Assembly (NCBI GenBank): GCA_028713935.1
Contig: JAQTNI010000007.1
Coordinates: forward strand, 1-32,000
Length of the DNA stretch: 32,000 nucleotides
Source of the DNA: Candidatus Iainarchaeum sp.
Lineage (GTDB): Archaea > Iainarchaeota > Iainarchaeia > Iainarchaeales > GCA-2688035
Direction: 5' to 3'
Below are positions 7,913-15,569 of the stretch, one piece after another; positions within the stretch are counted from its first letter, which is position 1; each line of letters opens with the position of its first letter. Position numbers and translations under genes: made by a program. Under the pieces are notes generated by a model, which had not been told where the DNA came from, did not search any database, and was given only the letters and a program-made list of their open reading frames with translations.

Positions 7913-9199
7913 TTATTTGTCTGTTATGGCCGGGTTTTTTCTTGAAATTGATAAAAGATTTATGGTTTCCTGTAACTGGTGGATGTATGCATTAGGTTTC
8001 CCTCTTGTTTCCCCCACAGTGTATATAAGCAGGAAATCATTTGTTTTTTGTAACAGTTTGTCCCGTGTTTTGAAAATATTTCTGCCAAGGGTTTCGAGCC
8101 TTACTGCACAAGATACGCCAAACAAGAATGCCGGTTCTTGTATGTTTAAGATTAAAGGATCTAAACTATTGAGTAATTTTTCTCCTGAGGTCGTTAAAAA
8201 TTCAAATTTGTTGCCTCTTGCAGTATGGCCAAGTATTATTTCTTTTCCCGTAAAAATTGGGACTGGGTATGGGTGTAATGTGCCATCAGGAAAATAGATT
8301 CCTATGGGGTAGTAAATTGTTTTTCTGTGTATAAATTCATCCAAGACTTTTTCATCCCATCCATTTGCTTCAAGGTATTTTTTTTGAGCATCCACTCCAT
8401 CGAAGTCCTTTATCAAATAATCCCAAAGTGCTTTTTTTTGAATTGTGCCATTTATCCCCGTGCTTTGTAATCCATGGCCCCCATCCATAAAAACATTAAA
8501 ATTTGTTGAGAGCCCCAGTGCAATTACAGTATTTTGTAGTACTTTATCAAAGAAAAACTGGTAGTTTCTGGTGTAATTATTGTCATCATTTGTAGACCCT
8601 CCAAAAACTGAAAAATCAGGCAATTGTTTTCTTATTTCTTCTGCAATTTCTTGTTCTCTCCCGAGTCCTTTTTGAATAACCAGAGTAGATAGTTTTATTA
8701 TTGATGGCAAAAGCAATCTTAGAAAAGGATTTTTTACAACCTTGATTTTTCCAATTCCTGGCATAATCGGGTAGGACGGACCAGAAGTAATTAGTAAAAG
8801 TAACTTGTTTTGAAATTTAAATTTAAAATTTTTTATTTTTTTAATGCAATTTCTCGCGGCATTCTTTGGGTTTCTTTTAGTATTTATTCCAAACCCAATT
8901 TCAAAATCAAGTTCGTCAGAATAAATTGCAGCCGCGGCAATGCCTTGGGTGCAAGCAGCATTTGCAGTAAGAAAACCAGTAACAGTCCCTCCCACTAGCG
9001 GCGTTTCTTTTGGAATGTTTTGGTAAATTGTGTCTAATATTTTTTGGAATCCCCTGTTTTTTTCATGGTGAATAGTGGAAAAAAGAAGGACAAAGGTGGG
9101 CGGTTTGCTAAGCTTGCTTAATGCCTGTGTGATAACCTCTTTTGCTGCTTCTTCTGGATTCCAGTTCTGGCTAGTGCCAATTCCAACTTCAAAAACCAA
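7913..9199 (-). CDS. FIST-domain (FIST_N + FIST_C) sensory protein
   Basis: EEAAKEVITQALSKLSKPPTFVLLFSTIHHEKNRGFQKILDTIYQNIPKETPLVGGTVTGFL is the typical FIST N-domain opening. At 428 aa the length fits FIST_N+FIST_C. Confidence 0.6.
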   Translation of the reverse strand: MVFEVGIGTSQNWNPEEAAKEVITQALSKLSKPPTFVLLFSTIHHEKNRGFQKILDTIYQNIPKETPLVGGTVTGFLTANAACTQGIAAAAIYSDELDFEIGFGINTKRNPKNAARNCIKKIKNFKFKFQNKLLLLITSGPSYPIMPGIGKIKVVKNPFLRLLLPSIIKLSTLVIQKGLGREQEIAEEIRKQLPDFSVFGGSTNDDNNYTRNYQFFFDKVLQNTVIALGLSTNFNVFMDGGHGLQSTGINGTIQKKALWDYLIKDFDGVDAQKKYLEANGWDEKVLDEFIHRKTIYYPIGIYFPDGTLHPYPVPIFTGKEIILGHTARGNKFEFLTTSGEKLLNSLDPLILNIQEPAFLFGVSCAVRLETLGRNIFKTRDKLLQKTNDFLLIYTVGETRGKPNAYIHQLQETINLLSISRKNPAITDK

Positions 9200-9373
9200 T
9201 TTTTCTCACTTTAATAGAATAAGGCATTGGAAATATAAAAAACAATCTTTTAACCTTTTATGTATAAAAAAAGCCAGTTGTTTGCACAATTTTTATTTTG
9301 CTTGCAAGGAAGAGAAGGGCAAGGATTATTGCGAGAATAATTATTCTTGTTTTTGTGTTCATGTTTTTGCCTT

Positions 9374-9739
9374 TTAATCAAACAAGGAAAAGATTTCCTC
9401 AACGGGTTTTTGCCTGCAAAGACAGCCGTTTTTTTCAATCAAATGCTTTTTTGCAAGTTCTTGGGTGATTTTGGAGATTTTTTTGCTTGAGAGGTTAAGG
9501 GCTTGGGAGATTTCTTCTTCGGATTTGTAAAACCAGGAATCTGTTATGTATAAGAATGTTTTGCTGTGCTCTGTTTTTTTGTGCGGAATTTTTTTTCGCA
9601 GTAAGCGCAGCTGCGCTAGCTTTAATATGCTGATTTTTCCTGCCGATGGCTCAACAAAACTTTGCAATTTATCAAACCCCTTTTTAATAAAAATTCGCAC
9701 GCGCCCGAAGGCGCGTGGAGCAGGCTCACCAATATGCAA
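9374..9739 (-). CDS. Small wHTH protein; start uncertain
   Basis: The C-terminal half SEEEISQALNLSSKKISKITQELAKKHLIEKNG is HTH-like. The track start is a TTG at 9739 inside a GC-rich hairpin cluster. An alternative TTG at 9667 sits about 20 nt from an A/T-rich TATA-like box (9681-9695). Confidence 0.45.
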   Translation of the reverse strand: MHIGEPAPRAFGRVRIFIKKGFDKLQSFVEPSAGKISILKLAQLRLLRKKIPHKKTEHSKTFLYITDSWFYKSEEEISQALNLSSKKISKITQELAKKHLIEKNGCLCRQKPVEEIFSLFD

Positions 9740-9784
9740 CGCCCGGAAGCGGGTTTGCTTTCAGAAGCAGTGCTGCCTTGAAAG
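9698..9784. other. GC-rich cluster of three hairpins (candidate small structured RNA or structured leader); strand unresolved
   Basis: H1 9698-9717 is CACGCGCC-CGAA-GGCGCGTG, which reads as C(UUCG)G on the minus strand. H2 9736-9758 is GCAA..CCCG-GAAG-CGGG.TTGC. H3 9758-9784 is CTTTCA...TGAAAG. H2 and H3 as written share nucleotide 9758, so both cannot include it. GC content is far above the flanks. A TATA-like TTTTTAATAAAAATT lies just upstream on the plus strand and a T-run (9800-9806) lies downstream. Confidence 0.3.
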
Positions 9785-9933
9785 CAGGTTGTTCCGCATT
9801 CTTTTTGTATGGCGTTTTGAATTGGGTGCTCTAAAGAATTGCTGTTCAGGGCATTAATATAAGTGAGGTTGAAAATGCTTCAACCAAGGAGTTGAGTATT
9901 CCTTTTTGTATTTTTTGCAGTGCTGTTTTCTTT

Positions 9934-10437
9934 ATGGTGAAAAGCAGTGATTTTTATTCGCAGATTGCTCTTGGCTATAATGAATTGCATGCCGAGGAGC
10001 AATTGAAAAAAGCCGAATTTGTCAAATCAAAAATCAATTTGAATGGCTTGTTATTGGATATTGGCGCGGGAACTTGTGTTTCCACCAAAGAATTTTTGGA
10101 TAAGGCTGAAAGGATTGTGGCTCTTGACCCTTCTAAGGCCATGCTTTTGCAGTGTTCTTCGCAGGAAATTTTGCGTGTTTGTGCAAAAGCAGAGAAATTG
10201 CCTTTTCCCGATGCAATTTTTGATTCTGTTGTTTCCTTGACAGCACTGCATCATTCAGATTTGGAAATTGCTTTTGCTGAAATAATGAGGGTTGCAAAGC
10301 CGAATGCAAAAATTGCTGTTTCTTTTTTGAAGCAGTCAAAAAAAATTGTTCTTGCAAAAAGGCTTTTCAGGGATTTTGATTGTTTTGAAGAGGCAAAAGA
10401 CCTGGTTTTTGCCAAGGATTTTGGCAAAGCAAAATAA
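9934..10437 (+). CDS. Class I SAM-dependent methyltransferase
   Basis: Motif I LLDIGAGTCVST. The post-I and later motifs are IVALDPS, LPFPDAIFDSVVSLTALHH and RVAKPNAKIAVS. The track start TTG 9892 is probably over-extended; ATG 9934 (MVKSSDFYSQ) is preferred. Confidence 0.8.
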   Translation: MVKSSDFYSQIALGYNELHAEEQLKKAEFVKSKINLNGLLLDIGAGTCVSTKEFLDKAERIVALDPSKAMLLQCSSQEILRVCAKAEKLPFPDAIFDSVVSLTALHHSDLEIAFAEIMRVAKPNAKIAVSFLKQSKKIVLAKRLFRDFDCFEEAKDLVFAKDFGKAK

Positions 10438-10515
10438 TAGTTTTTTAAACCCTACATTGGACAAATTATTCTGCCATTAATTAGTTGCCTTAATTTTGGT
10501 TTTTGAATTTGAATT

Positions 10516-11697
10516 TTGCGGGGGATTTTTTTGGAAGAAACTGAGGATTTGAAGTCTACTGGAAAATTTGCAGTTAAAGAAGAGGGAAAAAAGCCTGTTC
10601 TTGGCTTTATTGCAATTGCAGCTGTTTTTTTGGTTGTTGGAATTCTTGCGGGCGGATTTTTGGTTCCGCAGGCAGGCCTTGCAACTTTGCCAAGCACAAG
10701 CGGAAATGCCAATGCAGGAAATTCTTCCGCTGTTGCCGACAAGACAATAAAATATTTGAATGACAATTTTTTTTCAGCACAGGGAGTGGAGGCAAAATTG
10801 TCTTCCGTGACTGAAGAATTTGGAATGTACAATGTTGCTTTTGATGTTTACAAGGGAACTGAAAAGCAGGGTTCAATGAGTGTTTATGCTTCAAAAGACG
10901 GAAAAGAAGCGCTTGTAGCATCACAGGTATTGGAATTGGACACACCTGTTACGCAGCCAGCCCAGACCGGCCAGCAGTTTTCTTATGAAGGTGTGGCTAA
11001 ACCAGACACTCCTTTGCTTGAAGCATTTATTGTTTCAAACTGCCCTTTTGGCTTGCAAATGCAGCGCCTTTTAGCGCCAGTAGCAACTGGCCTTGCACAA
11101 AATATCAAAGTAAGGTATCTGGGTTCCATTGTAAATGGCAAAATAACCTCTATGCATGGCGATGCCGAGGCACAAGAAAATTTGCGCCAAATTTGCATTC
11201 GTGAGGAACAGTCTGATAAATATTGGGCGTATGTCGCAGAGTACATAAAAGCCGGGAATGTGGATTCTGCTTTGTCTGTTGCAGGCATAGACAAGATAAG
11301 CTTGGATTCTTGCATGGCAGACCCGCAAAAAGGGTTAAAGTATGCCCAGGCAGATTTTGACAGGGTAACTGAATTGACTGCAAAGTTTGCAAAGGACTAT
11401 TCTGTTACGCAGGAAATTTCTTTTCCCTCGCCAGCAGTAGTGCTGAACAGTGAAACAACTCTGGAGTTCAGTTCACAAGGCAACTATTATTCGCCTTCAG
11501 AGGAATTTGCATATGCTGCTGCAAAAGGCGTGACTTATAATGCAAGGTCAGCTGAAAACGTGAAAAATCTTTTATGTGATGGCTTCAACACAATGCCAGC
11601 AGCCTGTTCCGCAAAGCTTTCTGAAGAACAAGCAGCAACATCTTTCTCTGAGCAATACTCTGGCGGAAGCTCCACTGGCGGAAGCTGCGGAAGCTGA
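10516..11697 (+). CDS. Membrane-anchored extracytoplasmic thioredoxin-fold (DsbA-like) protein with a monothiol CPFG site
   Basis: N-terminal TM anchor PVLGFIAIAAVFLVVGILAGGFLV. LEAFIVSNCPFGLQMQ...SMHGDAEAQENLRQICIREEQSDKYWAYVAEYIKAG...AGIDKISLDSC matches the DsbA-like family common in uncultivated archaea. The start is non-ATG (TTG) and uncertain. Confidence 0.6.
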   Translation: MRGIFLEETEDLKSTGKFAVKEEGKKPVLGFIAIAAVFLVVGILAGGFLVPQAGLATLPSTSGNANAGNSSAVADKTIKYLNDNFFSAQGVEAKLSSVTEEFGMYNVAFDVYKGTEKQGSMSVYASKDGKEALVASQVLELDTPVTQPAQTGQQFSYEGVAKPDTPLLEAFIVSNCPFGLQMQRLLAPVATGLAQNIKVRYLGSIVNGKITSMHGDAEAQENLRQICIREEQSDKYWAYVAEYIKAGNVDSALSVAGIDKISLDSCMADPQKGLKYAQADFDRVTELTAKFAKDYSVTQEISFPSPAVVLNSETTLEFSSQGNYYSPSEEFAYAAAKGVTYNARSAENVKNLLCDGFNTMPAACSAKLSEEQAATSFSEQYSGGSSTGGSCGS

Positions 11698-11722
11698 ATA
11701 GTTAATCGTGTGGGGAAATGAA

Positions 11723-12064
11723 ATGAATTTCCAAAAGATTTTCGTTTTGTTTTCCTTTTCAATTCTTTTTCTTTTGCTTGGCTGCACTCAAAGCAGCGAT
11801 TCTCCTTTGCCTGAACAGCAAATAGCCCTGAAAGAATGCAAGCAATTGTGCAATGCCTCTCTTCCAAAGTCTGATATTGACTGGCCTTCAGGGCCCTGCC
11901 TTGGAAACCCAATGCAGCAAAATCCTGATTGGGTGTGTGACATAGCGCAAAATCCTCGCATTGCTCTTGATGATATCGCAGGAAACCAGTGCAGTGCTTT
12001 TCCTTCGCCTACAAACCATTTTGTTGAACTGGACAGCCAGTGCAATTTAATAAAGTTTTACTGA
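11723..12064 (+). CDS. Small secreted Cys-rich lipoprotein
   Basis: MNFQKIFVLFSFSILFLLLGC is a signal peptide with a lipobox (LLGC). The mature part has 6 further Cys residues. ATG 11723 is preferred over the track's GTG 11708. Confidence 0.55.
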   Translation: MNFQKIFVLFSFSILFLLLGCTQSSDSPLPEQQIALKECKQLCNASLPKSDIDWPSGPCLGNPMQQNPDWVCDIAQNPRIALDDIAGNQCSAFPSPTNHFVELDSQCNLIKFY

Positions 12065-12127
12065 TTTTTTGCAGTTTTGCCAATCCCTTTTTATTAAATT
12101 TGGCGCATAATTATTTAGGTGTTTTTT

Positions 12128-12349
12128 ATGGAATTTGATGTTGTTTTTGAAAAGCAGAAGGAAGGTGGTTTTACTGTTTATGTTCCGGGCTTGCCTGGCT
12201 GCATTTCTGAAGGGGAAACAAAATTGGAAGCATTGAAAAATGTCAAAGAAGCAATTTCCCTTTATCTTGAAGAAAAGAATAAATCAGAAATAAGGCAATT
12301 ATTGGATTCTGTCTCTATAGAAAAAGCCGCCGTGAAAATTCATGCCTAA
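12128..12349 (+). CDS. hicB: HicB-family antitoxin (N-terminal HicB fold only)
   Basis: MEFDVVFEKQKEGGFTVYVPGLPGCISEGETKLEALKNVKEAISLYLEE is the classic HicB/UPF0150 signature. AGGTG lies 5 nt upstream of ATG 12128. It overlaps hicA by 8 nt. Confidence 0.8.
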   Translation: MEFDVVFEKQKEGGFTVYVPGLPGCISEGETKLEALKNVKEAISLYLEEKNKSEIRQLLDSVSIEKAAVKIHA

Positions 12350-12560
12350 ACTCTGGAATGTTTCTGCAAGAGAAGTTGTTAAAGTTTCTTCTCGGCTTGG
12401 TTTTGTTTTTGCAAGGCAAAAAGGCAGCCACATTATTCTGAAGCACAATGATGGCAGGCTTCTTGTAATCCCAAATCATGAAAAACTAAAAATTGGCACT
12501 TTGCTGCAGATAATAAAAGCCCTGGGAATCAGCAGGGAAGAATTTGAAAAATTGCTTTAA
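12342..12560 (+). CDS. hicA: HicA-family mRNA interferase toxin
   Basis: REVVKVSSRLGFVFARQKGSHIILKHNDGRLLVIPNHEKLKIGTLLQIIKALGIS is the YcfA/HicA dsRBD-like fold with the conserved GSH...H. Confidence 0.85.
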   Translation: MPKLWNVSAREVVKVSSRLGFVFARQKGSHIILKHNDGRLLVIPNHEKLKIGTLLQIIKALGISREEFEKLL

Positions 12561-12626
12561 CACTATCTTTTTGTAAACCATGGTTTTTTATTAGCCAACA
12601 ACCATTATCTTTTGAGAGGTGTTTTT

Positions 12627-12863
12627 ATGAAAAAAGTGATTGTTTATTCAACTGATACCTGCCCTTTCTGCACAATGGCAAAGGATTTCCTGAAAAGCAA
12701 AAAAATAAAATTTGAAGAATTCAATGTTGCTGAAAATGAGGCAAAGCTGCAGGAAATGCTGAAAAAATCTGGCCAGACAGGAGTGCCTGTAATTGACATT
12801 GCAGGAGAAATAATAACCGGCTTTGACAAGGAACGCATAGAAAATGCGCTTGGCCTGAAGTGA
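12627..12863 (+). CDS. Glutaredoxin / NrdH-like redoxin
   Basis: MKKVIVYSTDTCPFCTMAKDFLKSKKIKFEEFNV...GVPVIDIAGEIITGFD has a CPFC active site and the GVP cis-Pro region. AGGTG lies upstream of ATG 12627. Confidence 0.85.
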   Translation: MKKVIVYSTDTCPFCTMAKDFLKSKKIKFEEFNVAENEAKLQEMLKKSGQTGVPVIDIAGEIITGFDKERIENALGLK

Positions 12864-12881
12864 AGCATTGGATGTTTTTGG

Positions 12882-13151
12882 ATGAATGCCGCTGAAAAAC
12901 AAATTTTGGATGAAGTAAAGGCTTATGCAAGGAAAAACGGCTTCAGGATAAATCCTGACAGCAAAATAGTTGAAGCTGTTGTAAAGGGCCTTGCAAAAAA
13001 CCTTGGAAGATATGGCAAAAAAATCTGCCCCTGCAGGGTTCCGACTGGCAAGGCAGAAGACGATGAAAAGCTTGTCTGCCCCTGTGCTTTTCACATTGAA
13101 GAGATAAAAAAAACAGGCCACTGCAAATGCCGCCTTTTTTTCGCCAAATAA
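12882..13151 (+). CDS. Ferredoxin:thioredoxin reductase catalytic-subunit-like protein (ferredoxin:disulfide reductase, FDR)
   Basis: ICPCR...x16...CPCAFHIEEIKKTGHCKCRLF is the CPC/CPC/C-x-C cluster-plus-disulfide signature of the FTR catalytic chain. At 89 aa it is a single-subunit archaeal type. Confidence 0.8.
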   Translation: MNAAEKQILDEVKAYARKNGFRINPDSKIVEAVVKGLAKNLGRYGKKICPCRVPTGKAEDDEKLVCPCAFHIEEIKKTGHCKCRLFFAK

Positions 13152-13390
13152 CTCCGAGTTTTCCATAATTTCGGCAAACGCACGGCTATGGATTTTGAAT
13201 AATTTTTTTTAAAAAAATTTGGATTTCGTATTGTTTTTTGTTTTGGCATAATGCCTTTTTTGTTTTTAATGTTTTTTTTGTTTTTTTTGTTTGGAAAGCA
13301 AAATAATTTTTTTCAGCAGCAAATTTTATAAACAGGCGAATTGTTATTATTTTGCAAAAAAATTTTTGTTTTTTTGAAGTTTGGTTTGCC

Positions 13391-13401
13391 TTTTTTAAAA
13401 A
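13391..13401 (+). promoter_or_regulatory. TATA-like box about 27 nt upstream of the nrdD ATG (probably a leaderless mRNA)
   Basis: gCCTTTTTTAAAAAg is followed by 21 nt and then ATG 13423, with no SD. Boxes with comparable ~22-nt spacing precede glyS, nop5 and doc. Confidence 0.4.
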
Positions 13402-13422
13402 GATTTTTCGGGAGCTGGTTGC

Positions 13423-15462
13423 ATGGTTCAAAAGTTTTTGGAGTCTGTCAGGAAGCGCGATGGTTCAATTGCCCCTTTTGATGCCAACAGGGTTACTGAA
13501 GCTATTTTTTCCGCTGCAAAGGCTGTCGGCGGCACTGACAGGAAAATTGCTGAGCAATTAGGCGAAAAAGTAGTCCATTCCCTGAAGAAAAAATTTGGCA
13601 CAAAAATCCCTGAAGTTGAGGAAATCCAGGATGCGATTGAAAAAGAGCTTATTGAGGCTGGCCATGCGAAAACAGCCAAGGCATTTATTCTTTACCGCAC
13701 CAAAAGGGCTGAGCTGCGCGAAGCAAGCGCTTTTTTGAAAAAAATTTCCAGCATTGTTGATGGTTATGTTTCCTGTTCTGATTGGCGTGTTTTGGAGAAC
13801 AGCAATGCGGGCTATTCTCTTTCGGGAATGCAGGCCCATATTTCCGCTGCTGTTATTGCTGAATACACTTTGAGGAATATTTATCCTGAAGAAATTTCGA
13901 GTGCGCACAGGAACGGGGATTTTCATATTCATGATCTGGGAAATGGTGTTTTTTCAGGTTATTGTGCTGGCTGGTCTCTTGGGCAATTGCTTGAGCTTGG
14001 CTTTAATGGTGTGCCTGGCAGAATTTCCGCAAAGCCGGTTAAGCATTTTAATGCTGCGCTTGGCCAGATAGTGAATTTTATGGGCACTTTGCAGAATGAA
14101 TGGGCTGGTGCACAGGCTTTCAATAGCTTTGACACTTATCTTGCGCCTCTTGCAGCAAAGGATAATCTTTCTTATAAGCAGATAAAGCAGTCTTTGCAGG
14201 AATTTATTTTTGCAACCAATGCAACAAGCAGATGGGGAAACCAGGTTCCTTTCACTAACATTACAATGGACTGGACAGTTCCGGAGGACATGAAGGACGA
14301 CCCTGTTCTTTATGGCGGGGAATACCTTGAGAATGAAACTTATGCTGTTTACCAGAAGCAAGTTGAGCAAATCAACAAGGCTTTTTTGGAAATAATGGCT
14401 GCAGGGGACATGCATGGAAGGGTTTTTACTTTTCCAATTCCAACTTATAATATTACAAGGGATTTTGAATGGAATTCAGAAGCCGCAAACCTTTTGTTTG
14501 AAATGACTGCAAAATATGGAATTCCTTATTTCCAGAATTTTGTGAACAGTGCATTGAAGCCAGGCGATGTCAGGTCAATGTGCTGCCGCTTGCAGTTGAA
14601 CCTGAAAGAACTGAAAAGCAAGACCGGCGGCTTGTTTGGCAGCGGTGACAAAACAGGCAGCATTGGCGTTGTTACAATTAACATGCCAAAAATCGGTTAT
14701 CTGGCAAAAGATGATTCTGATTTTTTTGAAAGGCTTGAGCAATTAATGTATCTTGCAAAGGAAAGCCTTGAAATAAAAAGAAAAGAGGTTTCAAAAAACC
14801 TTGAAAACGGGCTTTTGCCTTGGAGCAAGCGTTATTTGGGAACACTTGACTATCACTTTTCAACTATTGGGCTTGTTGGAATGAACGAAGCCTGCCTCAA
14901 TTTTTTTGATGAAGGCATTGCAACAAAACAGGGAAGGGATTTTTCATTGAAAACACTTGAATTCATGAGAAACAGGCTTCAGGAATTCCAGCAGGAAACA
15001 GGCCATATTTATAATCTGGAAGCTACTCCTGCAGAGGGCACTTCTTACAGGCTTGCAAGAATTGACAAAAAGCTTTATCCTGAAATCAAGACAGCCGGAA
15101 CAAAAGAATCTTATTACACCAATTCAACTCAATTGCCAGTGAATTTCACTGACGATATTTTTGAGGCTTTGCAGCACCAGGACGAATTGCAGTCCAAATA
15201 CACTGGGGGCACTGTCCTGCATGGCTTTTTGGGAGAAGCCGTTTCAGATGCAGAGGCCTGCAAAAAGCTTGTGAAAAAAATTGCTTATTCTTTCAAGCTG
15301 CCGTATTACACTATCACTCCAACCTTTAGCATTTGCCCTGTTCATGGTTATATCAAGGGGGCGCATTTCAATTGCCCAGTTGAATTAAACGGCAACCAAG
15401 CAAACGGAGGTGAAACCCAATGGCAGTCTGCAACAGTAAAACTGAAGTCTATAGCAGAGTAG
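13423..15462 (+). CDS. nrdD: Anaerobic (class III) ribonucleoside-triphosphate reductase, large fragment lacking the glycyl-radical motif
   Basis: N-terminal ATP-cone (RKRDGSIAPFDANRVTEAIFSAA). Thiyl-Cys loop GDVRSMCCRLQL. C-terminal TPTFSICPVHGYIKGAHFNCPV is followed by the unrelated tail ELNGNQANGGETQWQSATVKLKSIAE*. The RVxGY motif is not in this frame. Confidence 0.9.
   Translation: MVQKFLESVRKRDGSIAPFDANRVTEAIFSAAKAVGGTDRKIAEQLGEKVVHSLKKKFGTKIPEVEEIQDAIEKELIEAGHAKTAKAFILYRTKRAELREASAFLKKISSIVDGYVSCSDWRVLENSNAGYSLSGMQAHISAAVIAEYTLRNIYPEEISSAHRNGDFHIHDLGNGVFSGYCAGWSLGQLLELGFNGVPGRISAKPVKHFNAALGQIVNFMGTLQNEWAGAQAFNSFDTYLAPLAAKDNLSYKQIKQSLQEFIFATNATSRWGNQVPFTNITMDWTVPEDMKDDPVLYGGEYLENETYAVYQKQVEQINKAFLEIMAAGDMHGRVFTFPIPTYNITRDFEWNSEAANLLFEMTAKYGIPYFQNFVNSALKPGDVRSMCCRLQLNLKELKSKTGGLFGSGDKTGSIGVVTINMPKIGYLAKDDSDFFERLEQLMYLAKESLEIKRKEVSKNLENGLLPWSKRYLGTLDYHFSTIGLVGMNEACLNFFDEGIATKQGRDFSLKTLEFMRNRLQEFQQETGHIYNLEATPAEGTSYRLARIDKKLYPEIKTAGTKESYYTNSTQLPVNFTDDIFEALQHQDELQSKYTGGTVLHGFLGEAVSDAEACKKLVKKIAYSFKLPYYTITPTFSICPVHGYIKGAHFNCPVELNGNQANGGETQWQSATVKLKSIAE
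15406..15413 (+). promoter_or_regulatory. Shine-Dalgarno GGAGGTGA inside the nrdD 3' region, 6 nt upstream of ATG 15420
   Basis: GGAGGTGA-aaccca-ATG. This is the same AGGTG-type SD seen before hicB, grx, the 16672 ferredoxin, nmd3 and the 25106 antitoxin in this window. Confidence 0.55.
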
Positions 15463-15569
15463 TCGGCTATTTAAGGCCTGTCCAGGCATGGAATGCAGGA
15501 AAACAGGAAGAATTCAGGGACAGAAAAACCTTTTCAGAAGCAAAGGCACTTGAAAAATGCAAGGAATAA
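15420..15569 (+). CDS. nrdD: 49-aa mini-ORF encoding the NrdD glycyl-radical motif (separate frame from the large nrdD ORF)
   Basis: Below the ORF-track length cutoff. It reads MAVCNSKTEVYSRVVGYLRPVQAWNAGKQEEFRDRKTFSEAKALEKCKE*. RVVGYLRPV...WN.GK..E...R is the class III RNR glycyl-radical signature. It has its own SD and ATG and overlaps the last 43 nt of the large ORF. Confidence 0.7.
   Translation: MAVCNSKTEVYSRVVGYLRPVQAWNAGKQEEFRDRKTFSEAKALEKCKE

Noticed and set aside
9698-9784. 5S rRNA or SRP RNA identity for the GC-rich hairpin island
   Set aside because: CCCGAA and CGGAAG strings are present, but about 30 nt too far apart for the 5S loop C/helix III signature. The element is too short for SRP RNA, and the GGAA/GAAG loop lacks the conserved helix-8 flanks. 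It is kept only as an unclassified structured element.
12648-13166. 172-aa minus-strand ORF
   Set aside because: It is antisense to the glutaredoxin and FDR genes, both of which have clear active-site motifs and SD-type starts.
15372-15431. A canonical bulge-helix-bulge intron in the nrdD mRNA that would excise the 47-nt insert
   Set aside because: I tried to fold the junctions. UUGCC (15372-76) can pair with GGCAG (15422-26). However, no 4-bp central helix flanked by two 3-nt bulges and outer helices can be drawn that gives a 47-nt excision. The best pairings imply 49 nt or lack the outer helices. RNA-level removal remains only a minor alternative in the main finding.
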